From Haliotis rufescens (lineage: Eukaryota), in contig NW_025964235.1 of assembly GCF_023055435.1 (NCBI RefSeq), positions 1,178,001-1,242,000 on the forward strand: DNA of 64,000 nt, read 5' to 3'. Position numbers and translations under genes: made by a program. Below the pieces are notes generated by a model that saw nothing but the letters and a program-made list of their open reading frames with translations, searched no databases and had not been told where the DNA came from. Each line of letters begins with the position of its first letter. The stretch's first letter is position 1. Below, one piece after another: positions 52,757-64,000 of this stretch.

Positions 52757-52990
52757 GACCCGTGAAGATCCGGGGTAGAATAGGTCTTCAGCAACCCATG
52801 CTTGCCGTAAAAGGCGACTATGCTAGTCGTAAGAAGCGACTAATGGGTTCGGGTGGTCAGGCTCGCTGACTTGGTTGATGCATGTCATCGTATTCCAATT
52901 GCGTGGATCGATGCTCATGATATCAATCACTGGATTGTCTGGTCCAGATTGCTGAGTGCGGCCTCAAACAACAAACAAACAAAAACAAAA
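52757..52990 (+). mobile_element. Family B copy (internal deletion)
   Basis: Homology to 41-308. Confidence 0.88.
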
Positions 52991-53533
52991 CCATGTTATA
53001 TGCAAGTTCACAAAGACTGTAGTCAGTCAAAACAGAATATGGAGCATACAGAGACGTAAGCTTGGCTGCCTTTTCTAGAATAACAGAAATCTCCTCCCAA
53101 TCTAAAATGATTCTGTCAGTGTCAAGTACTTGCTGTGGAATGAAAACCGTGGTGACTAGGTCTCCCCCGACCAGTTTCCTTGTCTGTAATGTTAGTGTAG
53201 GAAAAGTCTATAGATTATAAGGATGCGTGGAGAACAATATCCGTCAGTTTGCGAGGAACCCTTTTCCAGGACTACCAAAGTCTTCAAGCAGGTCCAAAAT
53301 CTGTTCCCTGGATTCTGAAACTATAGATTTGTTTGAGATTAGCATCAGGTTTCTTAACAATTGCAACGTTTATCTACATGAACAATTCACAATTTTGTCA
53401 ATTTAATTCATTCAATCAATGTGGGGCACATTCGGACAGTGTCCCAACCGGCCGCATCACTGCCGCCCCAATGTGCCCCAGGGACCATTCTTGTTATTTG
53501 ATGCTTCTATTTCACTGCTTGTTGACCACGTCA

Positions 53534-55775
53534 CGTCTCTCAATGTGCTCAGTCTCTCAATGTGCCCTGTCTCTCAATGTGCTCCGTCTCTCAATGCGCC
53601 CTGTCTCTCAATGTGCTCCGTCTCTCAATGTGCCCAGTCTCTCAATGTGCCCCGTCTCTCAATGTGCCCCGTTTCTCAATGCGCCCTGTCTCTCAATGCG
53701 CCCCGTCTCTCAATGTGCCCCGTCTCCCAATGTGCCCCGTTTCTCAATGCGCCCTGTCTCTCAATGTGCCCCGTCTCTCAATGTGCCCCGTTTCTCAATG
53801 TGCCCCGTTTCTCAATGTGCCCCGTCTCTCAATGTGCCCCGTTTCTGAATGTCCTCCGTCTCTCAATGTGCCCTGTTTCTCAATGCGCCCCGTTTCTCAA
53901 TGCGCCCCATTTCTCAATGTGCCCCGTTTCTCAATGTGCCCCGTCTCTCAATGTGCCCCGTCTCCCAATGTGCCCCGTTTCTCAATGTGCTCCGTCTCTC
54001 AATGTGCCCCGTTTCTCAATGTGCCCCGTCTCTCAATGTGCCCCGTTTCTCAATGCGCCCCGTCTCCCAATGTGCCCCGTCTCTCAATGTGCCCAGTCTC
54101 TCAATGTGCTCCGTCTCTCAATGTGCCCAGTCTCTCAATGTGCCCCGTCTCTCAATGTGCCCCGTTTCTCAATGCGCCCTGTCTCTCAATGTGCCCCGTC
54201 TCTCAATGCGCCCAGTCTCTCAATGTGCCCCGTCTCTCAATGTGCCCCGTTTCTCAATGCGCCCTGTCTCTCAATGCGCCCCGTCTCTCAATGTGCCCCG
54301 TCTCCCAATGTGCCCCGTTTCTCAATGCGCCCTGTCTCTCAATGTGCCCCGTTTCTCAATGTGCCCCGTTTCTCATTGTGCCCCGTCTCTCAATGTGCCC
54401 CATCTCTCAATGTGCCCCGTTTCTGAATGTGCCCCGTCTCTCAATGTGCCCCGTTTCTCAATGCGCCCCGTTTCTCAATGCGCCCCATTTCTCAATGTGC
54501 CCCGTTTCTCAATGTGCCCCGTTTCTCAATGTGCCCCGTCTCTCAATGTGCCCCGTCTCCCAATGTGCCCCGTTTCTCAATGTGCTCCGTCTCTCAATGT
54601 GCCCCGTTTCTCAATGTGCCCCGTCTCTCAATGTGCCCCGTTTCTCAATGCGCCCTGTCTCCCAATGTGCCCCGTCTCTCAATGCGCCCTGTCTCTTAAT
54701 GCGCCCTGTCTCTCAATGAGCCCCGTCTCCCAATGTGCCCCGTCTCTCAATGTGCCCCGTCTCTCAATGCGCCCTGTCTCTCAATGCGCCATGTCTCTCA
54801 ATGTGCCCGTTTTCTCAATGTGCCCTGAATCTCAATGCGCCCTGTCTCTCAATGCGCCATGTCTCTCAATGCGCCCCGTCTCTCAATGCGCCCCGTTTCT
54901 CAATGTGCCCCGTTTCTCAATGTGCCCCGTTTCTCAATGCGCCCCGTCTCTCAATGCGCCCCGTCTCTCAATATGCCCCGTCTCCCAATGTGCCCCGTCT
55001 CTCAATGCGCCCCGTCTCTCAATGTGCCCCGTTTCTCAATGTGCCCTGTATCCCAATGTGCCCCGTCTCTCAATGCGCCCTGTCTCTCAATGCGCCATGT
55101 CTCTCAATGTGCCCTGTCCCTCAATGTGCCCCGTCTCTCAATGTGCCGCGTTTCTCAATGTGCCGCGTTTCTCAATGCGCCCTGTCTCTCAATGTGCCGC
55201 GTTTCTCAATGTGCCCCGTCTCTCAATGTGCCGCGTTTCTCAATGTGCCCCGTCTCTCAATGTGCCCCGTCTCTCAATGTGCCGCGTTTCTCAATGTGCC
55301 GCGTTTCTCAATGCGCCCTGTCTCTCAATGTGCCGCGTTTCTCAATGTGCCGCGTTTCTCAATGTGCCCCGTCTCTCAATGTGCCGCGTTTCTCAATGTG
55401 CCCCGTCTCTCAATGTGCCCCGTCTCTCAATGTGCCGCGTTTCTCAATGTGCCGCGTTTCTCAATGCGCCCTGTTCTCAATGTGCCCCGTCTCTCAATGT
55501 GCCGCGTTTCTCAATGCGCCCTGTCTCTCAATGTGCCCCGTCTCTCAATGTGCCGCGTTTCTCAATGTGCCGCGTTTCTCAATGCGCCCTGTCTCTCAAT
55601 GTGCCGCGTTTCTCAATGTGCCGCGTTTCTCAATGTGCCCCGTCTCTCAATGTGCCGCGTTTCTCAATGCGCCCTGTCTCTCAATGTGCCCTGTCTCTAA
55701 ATGCGCCCTGTCTCTCAATTTGCCCCGTTTCTCAATTTGCCCCGTCTCTCAATGTGCCCCGTGTCCAAATGCGCT
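53534..55775. repeat. Minisatellite, 17-bp unit CAATGTGCCCCGTCTCT
   Basis: About 2.2 kb; explains ORFs 53333-55827. Confidence 0.97.
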
Positions 55776-56283
55776 CTGGTTTATTTGTATCATGTACATC
55801 TGTACAAAAGAAATTTATGTAACATGAGGCAGTCTATTACTGAACAGTGTATATACATTGTGCTGTAGGCCTGTGGATCCTAAACAGTGTTGAAATAGAG
55901 AGGATGAGACTAGACTATACTCACGTAGCTGTAAAAACTCTGGCAGCAGTAACCATGGCAATACTGTTAAAAATAATATCGATTAAACAATAATGATTCT
56001 GATGATGAGTGATGAAAGAAAGAAAACTGAATATTTTTACCATGAAGACAATACAATGTGAATTAATTTGCAAATTATAATCTGATATGATGATGAAAAT
56101 ATTTTACTAATACAAAGTGCAAGGCCGTAGTTAACCCGAGTTACCTTTCCCAGCCCTAATGAATACGACTTTATGCTGATCGGTAAACATATCTGTTGAA
56201 TGGTTTTGTCGCACCCTCGTTTCGTAGTGTGGTCGTCATCTAAGCAAGAGTTGGGAAGAGTTACCTCCCTTAGAGTTTTCAAG

Positions 56284-56343
56284 ATGGGTAGCCTGACAGA
56301 AGTTCTTGAGTGTTTGTCTGTGTTTTTAAAGACAGTGCTGCAG
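56284..56343 (+). CDS. MBIP: MBIP exon 1 (predicted start)
   Basis: AAGATGG start context, MGSLTEVLECLSVFLKTVLQ, donor CAG|GTTTGA. Phase 0 matches exon 2. The N-terminus is poorly conserved, so this exon is less certain. Confidence 0.6.
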
Positions 56344-56845
56344 GTTTGAAAGTGAAACGTTATGTGAATGAGGCAGTTTAGTTTGTAAATTGTCTTTGAT
56401 ACGGTGATCGTTTTAATGACAGATGTAAGAAATCTGTAAACATCAGCTACAATTTACCTCTTTGCCCCAACAGTAACACTAGCTGAGTAGCTCTCGTAAT
56501 ACATCTTTCATTATACTGTTACAAATATATATCGACACTGATTTTACTCTCTTTTTGGTATATTGCCTTCATATATCGTGAACATTGGGCCACTATTTAC
56601 AGCTGGTAGTATCTCTCTAAGACCACGCGATATAAAAGTCCATGCTACAGGGTTAGAAACTAACAGTTTTCGTCCACTAGTCCTTATAATGATAACATAT
56701 AGCAAAACCCTTAAAAAGGGCAAATTTCTACAAGTCCTTATGATAGCTTTACCAGTTTGGCAAGGACTATAGGACTAGTGCCAATTTCTAACGCTGTGCT
56801 ATTTACCACAAGTGGTTGACAGAACGTTACCCTTTCTGCTTCCAG

Positions 56846-56959
56846 CCTGACGTCAGTGATGACTTTGACTTGAAGAGTTTGTTGAAGGTGTCCCGAGACC
56901 CACGCTTGTCCGTGGAGGATGTACTGCAGTCTGTGGGGAAGCTCGTGGGCCAGTTGCAG
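56846..56959 (+). CDS. MBIP: MBIP exon 2
   Basis: CTTTCTGCTTCCAG| PDVSDDFDLKSLLKVSRDPRLSVEDVLQSVGKLVGQLQ |GTATTG; open 114-nt phase 0-0 exon. Confidence 0.72.
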
Positions 56960-57109
56960 GTATTGCTTACATGTTCGACAAGGTCTTGATCATCAAAGGC
57001 TCTGTACACAAACTCTGCAGGACAGGGTAGAGCTGGTGGGCTGGTTGAAGTTGAGAATCATTTCTATTCACATGTATATTGTGTACCACAAATAACATGA
57101 TCAAGACGT

Positions 57110-57465
57110 GGATGTGAGGTGAATTGGGTTTTAATGTCGCATCCAAGATTATTGCACTTATATCATGTGATATAGTGATGTGCATGCATGTGTGTATGTG
57201 TGTGTGTGTGTGCGTGTGCACATGCGTGCTTGCTCTAGTACGGACTGATACTAAGATACCATGCTGTAGTTTAATTTGAATACCCCACTCAGACACAGTA
57301 TACTGACTCCGAGCCGACCAGTCCTTGTTTTAGCCCCTTAAATTTGAGCGCCAGGGAGGGTAACAAGTACCACCTTTTAACATCTTTGATATGACGTAGC
57401 CGGGGATCAAATGCCGGACCTTCAGCTCTCCTGGCGGACTCTCTACCACCAGACCACGGAGGCAG
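57110..57465 (-). mobile_element. tRNA-derived SINE family C (MetaSINE-like central domain)
   Basis: tRNA-like head, central GGTACTTGTTACCCTCCCTGGCGCTC...GACTGGTCGGCTCGGAGTCAGTATA..GTGTCTGAGTGGGG. Resemblance to the Meta domain is from memory and not searched. Confidence 0.78.
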
Positions 57466-57896
57466 TCCATGACAGACCTGGCAGACTCTCTACCACCACA
57501 CCACGGAGGCAGTCCATGACAGACCTGGCAGACTCTCTACCACCAGACCACGGAGGCAGTCCATGACAGACCTGGCGGACTCTCTACTACTAGACCACGG
57601 AGGCAGTCCATGACAGACCTGGCAGACTCTCTACCACCAGACCACGGAGGCAGTCCATGACAGACCTGGCAGACTCTCTACCACCAGACCACGGAGGCGG
57701 TCCATGACAGACCTGGCAGACTCTCTACCACCAGACCACGGAGGCAGTCCATGACAGACCTGGCGGACTCTCTACCACCAGACCACGGAGGCAGTCCATG
57801 ACAGACCTGGCGGACTCTCTACCACCAGACCACGGAGGCAGTCCATGACAGACCTGGCAGACTCTCTACCACCAGACCACGGAGGCTGTCCATGAC
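57430..57896. repeat. Minisatellite, 47 bp x about 10, derived from a SINE 5' head (MBIP intron 2)
   Basis: Unit CTCTCTACCACCAGACCACGGAGGCAGTCCATGACAGACCTGGCGGA; continuous with the head of the adjacent SINE. Confidence 0.95.
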
Positions 57897-58391
57897 ATGT
57901 ACAGGTGACACTACCTGAGATGGAGTCATTTGTATGAGTGACTGTCAATTGACCACAGATTGAAATAAAACAATATCCCATGATTCTGCGTCCAGGTTTT
58001 TCTGTTTCTTGGTTTTTGGCAACAGGCTCATGGGTTTACCAAAGTAGTAGATGTCAAAGACCAGCATCACTTCAGGTTTTTCTCTTGCGTCAACCTGACA
58101 TGTTTGGATGTTCAAAACAGTATTAAACCATACTCACTTATATGTACGATCTTTATATATAATGTTCCATCACTGAAATGACTGACTCGACTTAAACAAA
58201 AGTTACATTATATACATGCTTGAGTGAAACCAATGGCCTGAGGACGCTATGCAATGTAAATGATGATCATTCAAAGTTGTCAGTTATTGGCTCCTATCAA
58301 TATTTACCATATGGTGCAACACTCATATTGTCGCACAAGGTTTTACAAAGCATTGAATTGATACCTCTTTTAAGTTTGACTTCATTTTCAG

Positions 58392-58703
58392 ACACTCCAT
58401 GTACAACTCGCAAACAAGATAAAGCAGGATAAAGAAGATAGAACAGAGGAGGCAAACAAAGACATGGAAATAGAAGTCTCACGAGGAACAGCAACCTTGG
58501 AAAGTCCAGTTCTAGTGTCGGATCCTGCTGCAGGAACTACACTTACAGATCCACCTGTTGTTTCCATGGTTACAGGCACTGGCTCGGATATGTCAGAATC
58601 AGTCCCTCTGTCAAAGAGTGAATGTAGAAAGACTGACGTACTGTCTGTAAATGTAACAACGATCAGCCCCCTTAATGTGCAGATCAAGGCATCCAGGGCA
58701 GAA
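58392..58703 (+). CDS. MBIP: MBIP exon 3
   Basis: TTCATTTTCAG| TLHVQLANK...low-complexity linker...VQIKASRAE |GTTTGT. VQIKA..E precedes the conserved MBIP domain. Confidence 0.82.
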
Positions 58704-59009
58704 GTTTGTGTTCTGCACTTCAATATTGTCGCCATCTGTTTCATGTGGTTTCACTCTGTAATCACTTAATATGACTCTGACTTTCTGATTTAAACATAAT
58801 ACGGATTATTCCCAAGGACAGATGTCTTATAAATAGATGCAAATGTTTTTTAGCAAACACATTTTATATGAATACATGACACTTTTTTATGGATAGCAAC
58901 TTCTTTAATTCTCTGTGCGGCGTTTCAGAGCTACTTCTTGCCCCTTCATCAGGTGAACATGGTGAATACATTTTATATCTAACACAGCGTTTGTGTCTAC
59001 TTCTTAAGA

Positions 59010-59320
59010 AGTTGATGAGCAGGTACAGGTGTTGATGAGCAGGGAGTCTCCCTGTACAGCTGTTGATGAGCAGGGAGTCTCCCTGTACAGCTGTTTATGA
59101 GCAGGGAGTCTCACTGTACAGCTGTTCATGAGCAGGGAGTCTCCCTGTACAGCTGTTGATGAGCAGGGAGTCTCACTGTACAGCTGTTGATGAGCAGGGA
59201 GTCTCACTGTACAGCTGTTGATGAGCAGGGAGTCTCACTGTACAGCTGTTGATGAGCAGGGAGTCTCACTGTACAGCTGTTCATGAGCAGGGAGTCTCCC
59301 TGTACAGCTGTTAATAAGCT
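59010..59320. repeat. Minisatellite, 31-bp unit GAGCAGGGAGTCTCACTGTACAGCTGTTGAT (end of MBIP intron 3)
   Basis: About 9 units ending about 30 nt before the exon 4 acceptor. Confidence 0.95.
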
Positions 59321-59345
59321 GAGTGTGTCCTTCTGTTGAGCCCAG

Positions 59346-59442
59346 GTTGAGAGGAGGATGTGTGCGTTCATCGAGAAGAAGCAGAGCGAGGTGAACCAGC
59401 AGAATAACCGGGAGTTCTGTAGTGTCATCCGCTTTGAGACAG
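59346..59442 (+). CDS. MBIP: MBIP exon 4
   Basis: VERRMCAFIEKKQSEVNQQNNREFCSVIRFET matches the MBIP signature IDRRISAFIERKQAEINENNVREFC; donor G|GTCAGC. Confidence 0.93.
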
Positions 59443-59727
59443 GTCAGCCATTCAAAGTTGTCCTTTCATGCAACATCCGACTCTCAGAAAACATGCTAAC
59501 GAATCCATTACAAAATGTTATGATGTTGATTGTGTTCAACAATCAACAGTGGTCAGATTCGCTTGTCTCCCCTGATCTGTTCAGGATAGTGTGTCATGCT
59601 AGGTATTGTGCCCTTCATATATTGTTCCTCTACACACCAGTTGTTCATGTGCATTATACACCTTCATGCTATGTAAAATAATTCTTCACAGTGTGATGTA
59701 AGATGGACTAAATATTCTCAATGGCAT

Positions 59728-59960
59728 CCCGTGAACCCATGAAAATTCCGGCTACAATTGGTAATCAGCAACCCATGCTTGTTGTAAGAGACGACTTAGG
59801 GAAGAGGGTAGTTGACTCACTGACTTGCTTGATGCATGTCATGGCATCCCAATTGCGAAGATCGATGCTCATGATGTCAGTTACCAGATTGTCTTGATTA
59901 TTTACAAAACGCTCTCATGTAGAGTGAATATTGCCGAGTGCATCATTAAGCAACAAACAT
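59728..59960 (+). mobile_element. Family B copy, degenerate (MBIP intron 4)
   Basis: Homology to 41-308. Confidence 0.8.
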
Positions 59961-60007
59961 ACAATGGCATCTATCGTCAGTTTTTTCCTTGTCTTCCTGT
60001 ATTGTAG

Positions 60008-60229
60008 AGGTTGAGTCTTCTTGTGCCAGGACGGATGCTGTGTTTGTGCCACGTGCAGGGTGCAAGAGTCACATCAAGATATCTCGAGTTGTCAATCCAT
60101 ATGGACCACAGACAAGACTAAGGCCAGAAGGACCCCGACACAGACTGGATGTGAACCTGAAGTCCCAGTCATGTGGCCTTGATGAAAGGATAAAGAATGT
60201 TGAAGCTCACTTAAATTTACCGTCAACAG
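60008..60229 (+). CDS. MBIP: MBIP exon 5
   Basis: SCARTDAVFVPRAGCKSHIKISRVVNPYGPQT...LDERIKNVEAHL: hallmark MBIP motifs (SCARTDA, SHxKxSRVVNxYGPQT, ERxxNxEAHL). Confidence 0.95.
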
Positions 60230-60606
60230 GTAGTAATAATTAATTAGTTAATTTATTATTGCATGCAGTTCTATCTGTTATCACTGATAACTGCACTACT
60301 TGTTATATTTGGGATTACACCTCCTTAATAGTACACCAACACTTCCACAAGAACTGATGTCTGGCAACTGGTACTTATGATCATATACTTTGTTACATTT
60401 GACCATTTTCTAATAGGCATTGTGTATTCATAGCTTTCGGCCATGGGAGCCAATTTAATCGTTTCCCATATTTGTGGAAGCATCGCTGGCTGTGTGAGTT
60501 CGCTCAGTGACTTGGCCATCTTCCCGAGACAAGGGAGTAAACTGACTCCAGTAAAAGTCCAGTTCCCACCTTTGCCAAACTAGGCTGGAATTTTGTGGCT
60601 CAATCA

Positions 60607-60760
60607 TTTGTTTGTTGTTTAACGCCACACTCAGCAATATTCCAGTATATGACGGCGGTCTGTAAATAATCAAGTCTGGGTCAGACAATCCTGTGAATGA
60701 CATCATGAGCATCGATCCACACAATTCGGATCGATGACATGCATCAACAAAGTCAGCGCT
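60607..60760 (-). mobile_element. Family B copy, 5'-truncated (MBIP intron 5)
   Basis: Reverse-complement homology to the 3' half of 41-308. Confidence 0.85.
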
Positions 60761-61218
60761 AGCCTACAATCATAGCGCCACTAGTGGCTGTTATGAGCTC
60801 TGTCTCTCTCCTGTTGTTTATGAACCGGATGCAATTTTGTTTCACAAGCTTGATATGACTATGCATGGACTCCAGCCGAAATAAAACTCCATAATGCCAG
60901 CGTAGTTTGGCAAGGGTGAAAACTGGACTTTCATTGTCAGTTAGCTTCCTTGCGTCAGGAAGATGTGACTTTGTGTGCTGGCAGTTAGATGCCTTAATCT
61001 AAGAAGTGTGGGTTCGAATCTTGGATGTGACCAAAAGTAATAGAATTTGTACTTTACTATTAAGAAAGTGTAATCCCAAGTATAACATTTTCACATTTGA
61101 CCACTTTCTAAAAGGCATTGAATATTCATGATAATTGTACAGTTGTACAATTGAGTAGTTAGTTATTTCGATGGAATGTTATACTGTATATCTCTTTCAC
61201 TATATTTTAATTATTTAG

Positions 61219-61313
61219 ATGGATCCAAGTCGGATGTTTACAACAGACTGAAAGCACTGGAAGACAGAATATTATTCCTTGAAGGATTGTCTCCAGAATA
61301 TTTTCAAAATGTT
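61219..61313 (+). CDS. MBIP: MBIP exon 6
   Basis: (D)GSKSDVYNRLKALEDRILFLEGLSPEYFQNV |GTAAGT; conserved MBIP leucine-zipper and LEGxSPEYF motif. Confidence 0.95.
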
Positions 61314-61739
61314 GTAAGTCTCTTTTAACCTATCCACTAATGACCCAAGTTCTTTATACAGTGTTATGAGGATGCATTACATATTATTCCAGAACTGGCA
61401 GGAACAGTTCTGTGTTTACAGTTAGGTTACGGAGCGTAGAGAGATCTAGGGTCACTCTGGATGGTGAGGCAGTGTCACTGTGTTAGTAACGTTAGAATAA
61501 TCAGTAACTGATAGATTTATATACATCATAAGTTTGAGTAACCAAGTAGACAAAGTGAGATTTTATTTGAATGTCATGATTCATACTTATTGTAGTATAC
61601 ATGTGCAGTGATGTACGCCCTGGCCTAGCTACTAACCCATTGGATGTTTTGGATCCGATAATTCCACACACAGCCCACTACAATTATATAAACCCACATA
61701 GCTGGTATATGATTAATCCCTGGTGTTTATCACACACAG

Positions 61740-61796
61740 CCAGGGCCAAAAAGACAGAAAGTAGAAGCCCCTGCTATGGAGAAAGACCCGCTTCAG
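61740..61796 (+). CDS. MBIP: MBIP exon 7 (contains NLS-like PKRQKV)
   Basis: ACACAG| PGPKRQKVEAPAMEKDPLQ |GTAGGC; phase 0-0, 57 nt. Confidence 0.75.
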
Positions 61797-62578
61797 GTAG
61801 GCCTTGGTGCAACAACTACTGATGGCTTCTACACCTTTTCAATGGAGTCAGTGCAATTTGTGTACCTAATGAAAAGTTCAAATTTGACTTAAAGCTTTGT
61901 TATAATTCAGACCATTTTGGAGGTGAAAGATGAATGGTAGTAAGACTTAGACAGGATTAGGATTGACTTCTCGATTGACTTATGTTTTCTTCAATGCAGC
62001 GTTTGGTTAGATACTAGTTCCTTCATAAAGCAAGCAATACCACATTTTGATATGAACTCTAGTACTTTGATCAATCAAGCTACAAGTATCTGTACCAAAA
62101 CCATTTGAAATAAAATTTAATATAATACAAATATGCTGAACTCCAGAACCAATGATAAGTGAAGCCTGACTGCATTGCTTCGGAATGCCACTGATATTGC
62201 CGTAAATCTCCAATGTGGTTCATAGTGCAACACATACTCTCAAGTTTTCTTGTCTTCTGTATACACACAGTCTTGTTTATCTGTGTAGTTCTGGCTGAGT
62301 GTTATAATTACTATAGTCACTACAATCACAGATCATTGAAATAATAAACTCCTCCTCATTAACTCAGGTCTTTTACTCCGATATGATACCTCTGTGTGAC
62401 AATCTGAGGACACCCACTGGAGGTCACGTCACCCTCACTGAACTGTGACTGCCCAAACTAGTTGAAGGGTGCATAGGATCTGACCTTGAAGATATTCACA
62501 CAGGTGTCATATCGGAGTAGTAGATCTGATTTTAATGAGATTATAATCAAATATGATGATCTGTTTGGATATTTTCAG

Positions 62579-62668
62579 GAAATGAGTTTGCAAGATATAG
62601 ATGATAGAATACAAGCCCTCCAGTCGTCCCTGAAGATGAAGAGAGCTGGTACAGGATGGCTGCATTAA
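62579..62668 (+). CDS. MBIP: MBIP exon 8 (terminal)
   Basis: ATTTTCAG| EMSLQDIDDRIQALQSSLKMKRAGTGWLH*; resembles the C-terminal MBIP coiled coil (SLxELDxKIxAL). Confidence 0.85.
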   Translation, partial: EMSLQDIDDRIQALQSSLKMKRAGTGWLH

Positions 62669-63167
62669 CACAGCAGCAGCATCACCACCACAACATGGTG
62701 GCCAACGCTCATGTACCTCCTTGTTTTGTTATTGATGGATAAACATTCATACAAATTGACTGTTGTGTTTTCTGCCATGCACATTGTCATAAGAGAAAAA
62801 ACTATTTTGTTTTCGTTTTGGAGATATTTGAGTAATTGTCACTTGCATACATGACTACTGAGGGGTTGAGCCAGGGATTCTTATTAAAACAAACAATTGT
62901 TCCAGGCAATGCTGAAAAATAACATCTTAAAATAATAAGTTTGGGGGCGTTGTGTAAAACTCACAGCTGAGTCTCAGTACCCCTTACCATATCTGTCACT
63001 ATTTTGACCAGATGTGTTTAACTGGATGTGTCAAATTCCTGGTTGTCTCAAACTCAATTTATAGCCCCGAGAGTAAACATAAGGTACAACTTTCACTGAT
63101 AAGTCAAACTCAGAATGCAAATTAGCACGACTTTCAGATTGTATCAAGTATAAATGACCCAAACATA

Positions 63168-63184
63168 AATAAAGCATAAATAAA
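63168..63184 (+). terminator. Candidate MBIP polyadenylation signals (two AATAAA)
   Basis: AATAAA at 63168 and 63179, about 500 nt after the stop codon. Confidence 0.4.
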
Positions 63185-64000
63185 GATTGGACCAAAACAT
63201 AATATGACTTGAAACATCAAAGACAGGAAACAGCTGACTTGCTCCCATAAGTAGGTGACTTGACTGGGCAATGCACTAAGTCAGTAACTTATTGATAGCA
63301 GTAACACTTTCAACCAGGAAGCACTGGGGACCATGTGAACATTTGCTTACTGTTGTCTGATGGATAGATCAGACCTTAAAAAGGTCGAGTTGGATGTGGT
63401 AAACTATTTCTCTCATCCCCCAAGAGTTCGAGGCATGGGAGTTCAACTGTGTATTTGAAACTTGTCATGACTAACAGAGTTATCTCCCTTGCTTTTCCCG
63501 AAAGTACTTTCAGATTGCCGTATATTTGATTTGTTAGCAGGGTAAAGGCGGAATTGTAAAGACTTTGTGAGTGGTATTTTGTTGTATTTTTGTCACATCA
63601 ACACTGATCAGATCTGATTGTGCCCCTACTATATGAACTCAGTCATTGTTTATTAAAGCATGATAAAACAATATTATCAAAGGTTATTTTGCAAGGTATA
63701 CTTCTGCTAGGAAATCTGTGACAGGTTTGTAATTTGGGGTCATGAAATGATATTTTTCGGAGAATATTTTATTTAATGCAGTCATGCAATGCAATTCACT
63801 GTGCACAGTTCCAGGTTTCGCCTCGGCTATGATTCTAGGTGAGCAGTGTTTGTAGGGTTCCATACCAGTGTAAATATATTTCAGCAAGGAGGTGTGTTGA
63901 AGCCTGCATGGCTTTTCCTCCCACATTAACTTGGCAACCTGTGACTACAAAAAACTGTTGTTCAAAGCGGCATCAACCTAACTGATTCACTCGCCAGTGT

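Noticed and set aside
53333-55827. Cys/Pro-rich ORFs up to 657 aa
   Set aside because: A 17-bp unit read in all frames; minisatellite artefact.
63684-63940. 80-aa minus-strand ORF with a possible acceptor
   Set aside because: No recognisable homology and stops upstream in all frames. It may be UTR of a neighbouring gene.

Overview
Eukaryotic, intron-rich, repeat-dense DNA. The SINE repertoire and gene content suggest a marine invertebrate, probably a mollusc (abalone-like); this is inference. I reconstructed genes by hand from splice sites. (1) A minus-strand tandem cluster of three Rho-family GTPase genes: Rho-C (exons 47770-47617, 44315-44227, 43528-43106; 221 aa), Rho-B (37271-37136, 34187-34102, 26471-26082; 203 aa), and exon 1 of a canonical Rac/Cdc42/RhoJ-Q-type gene, Rho-A (4509-4377; the rest is probably outside the window). 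(2) A complete 8-exon plus-strand MBIP gene (56284-62668, about 348 aa). The main discovery is that Rho-B and Rho-C are intact but atypical. In Rac1 numbering, both have Leu at catalytic Gln61 (DTVGL / DTLGL), lose Thr35, carry F28Y and Y40H within a shared S-x-[DE]-W-H switch I, and have a 9-10 aa insertion after switch I. Rho-C also has G12S. They keep G1, G4 and G5 and end in different CaaX boxes. They are candidates for a lineage-specific GTPase-dead or decoy Rho subfamily. About a third of the window (about 20 kb) is 15 distinct minisatellite arrays, which explain nearly all long ORFs in the track. The remainder includes three SINE-type families, Harbinger and Tc1/mariner-type MITEs, a LINE RNase H relic and foldback elements.
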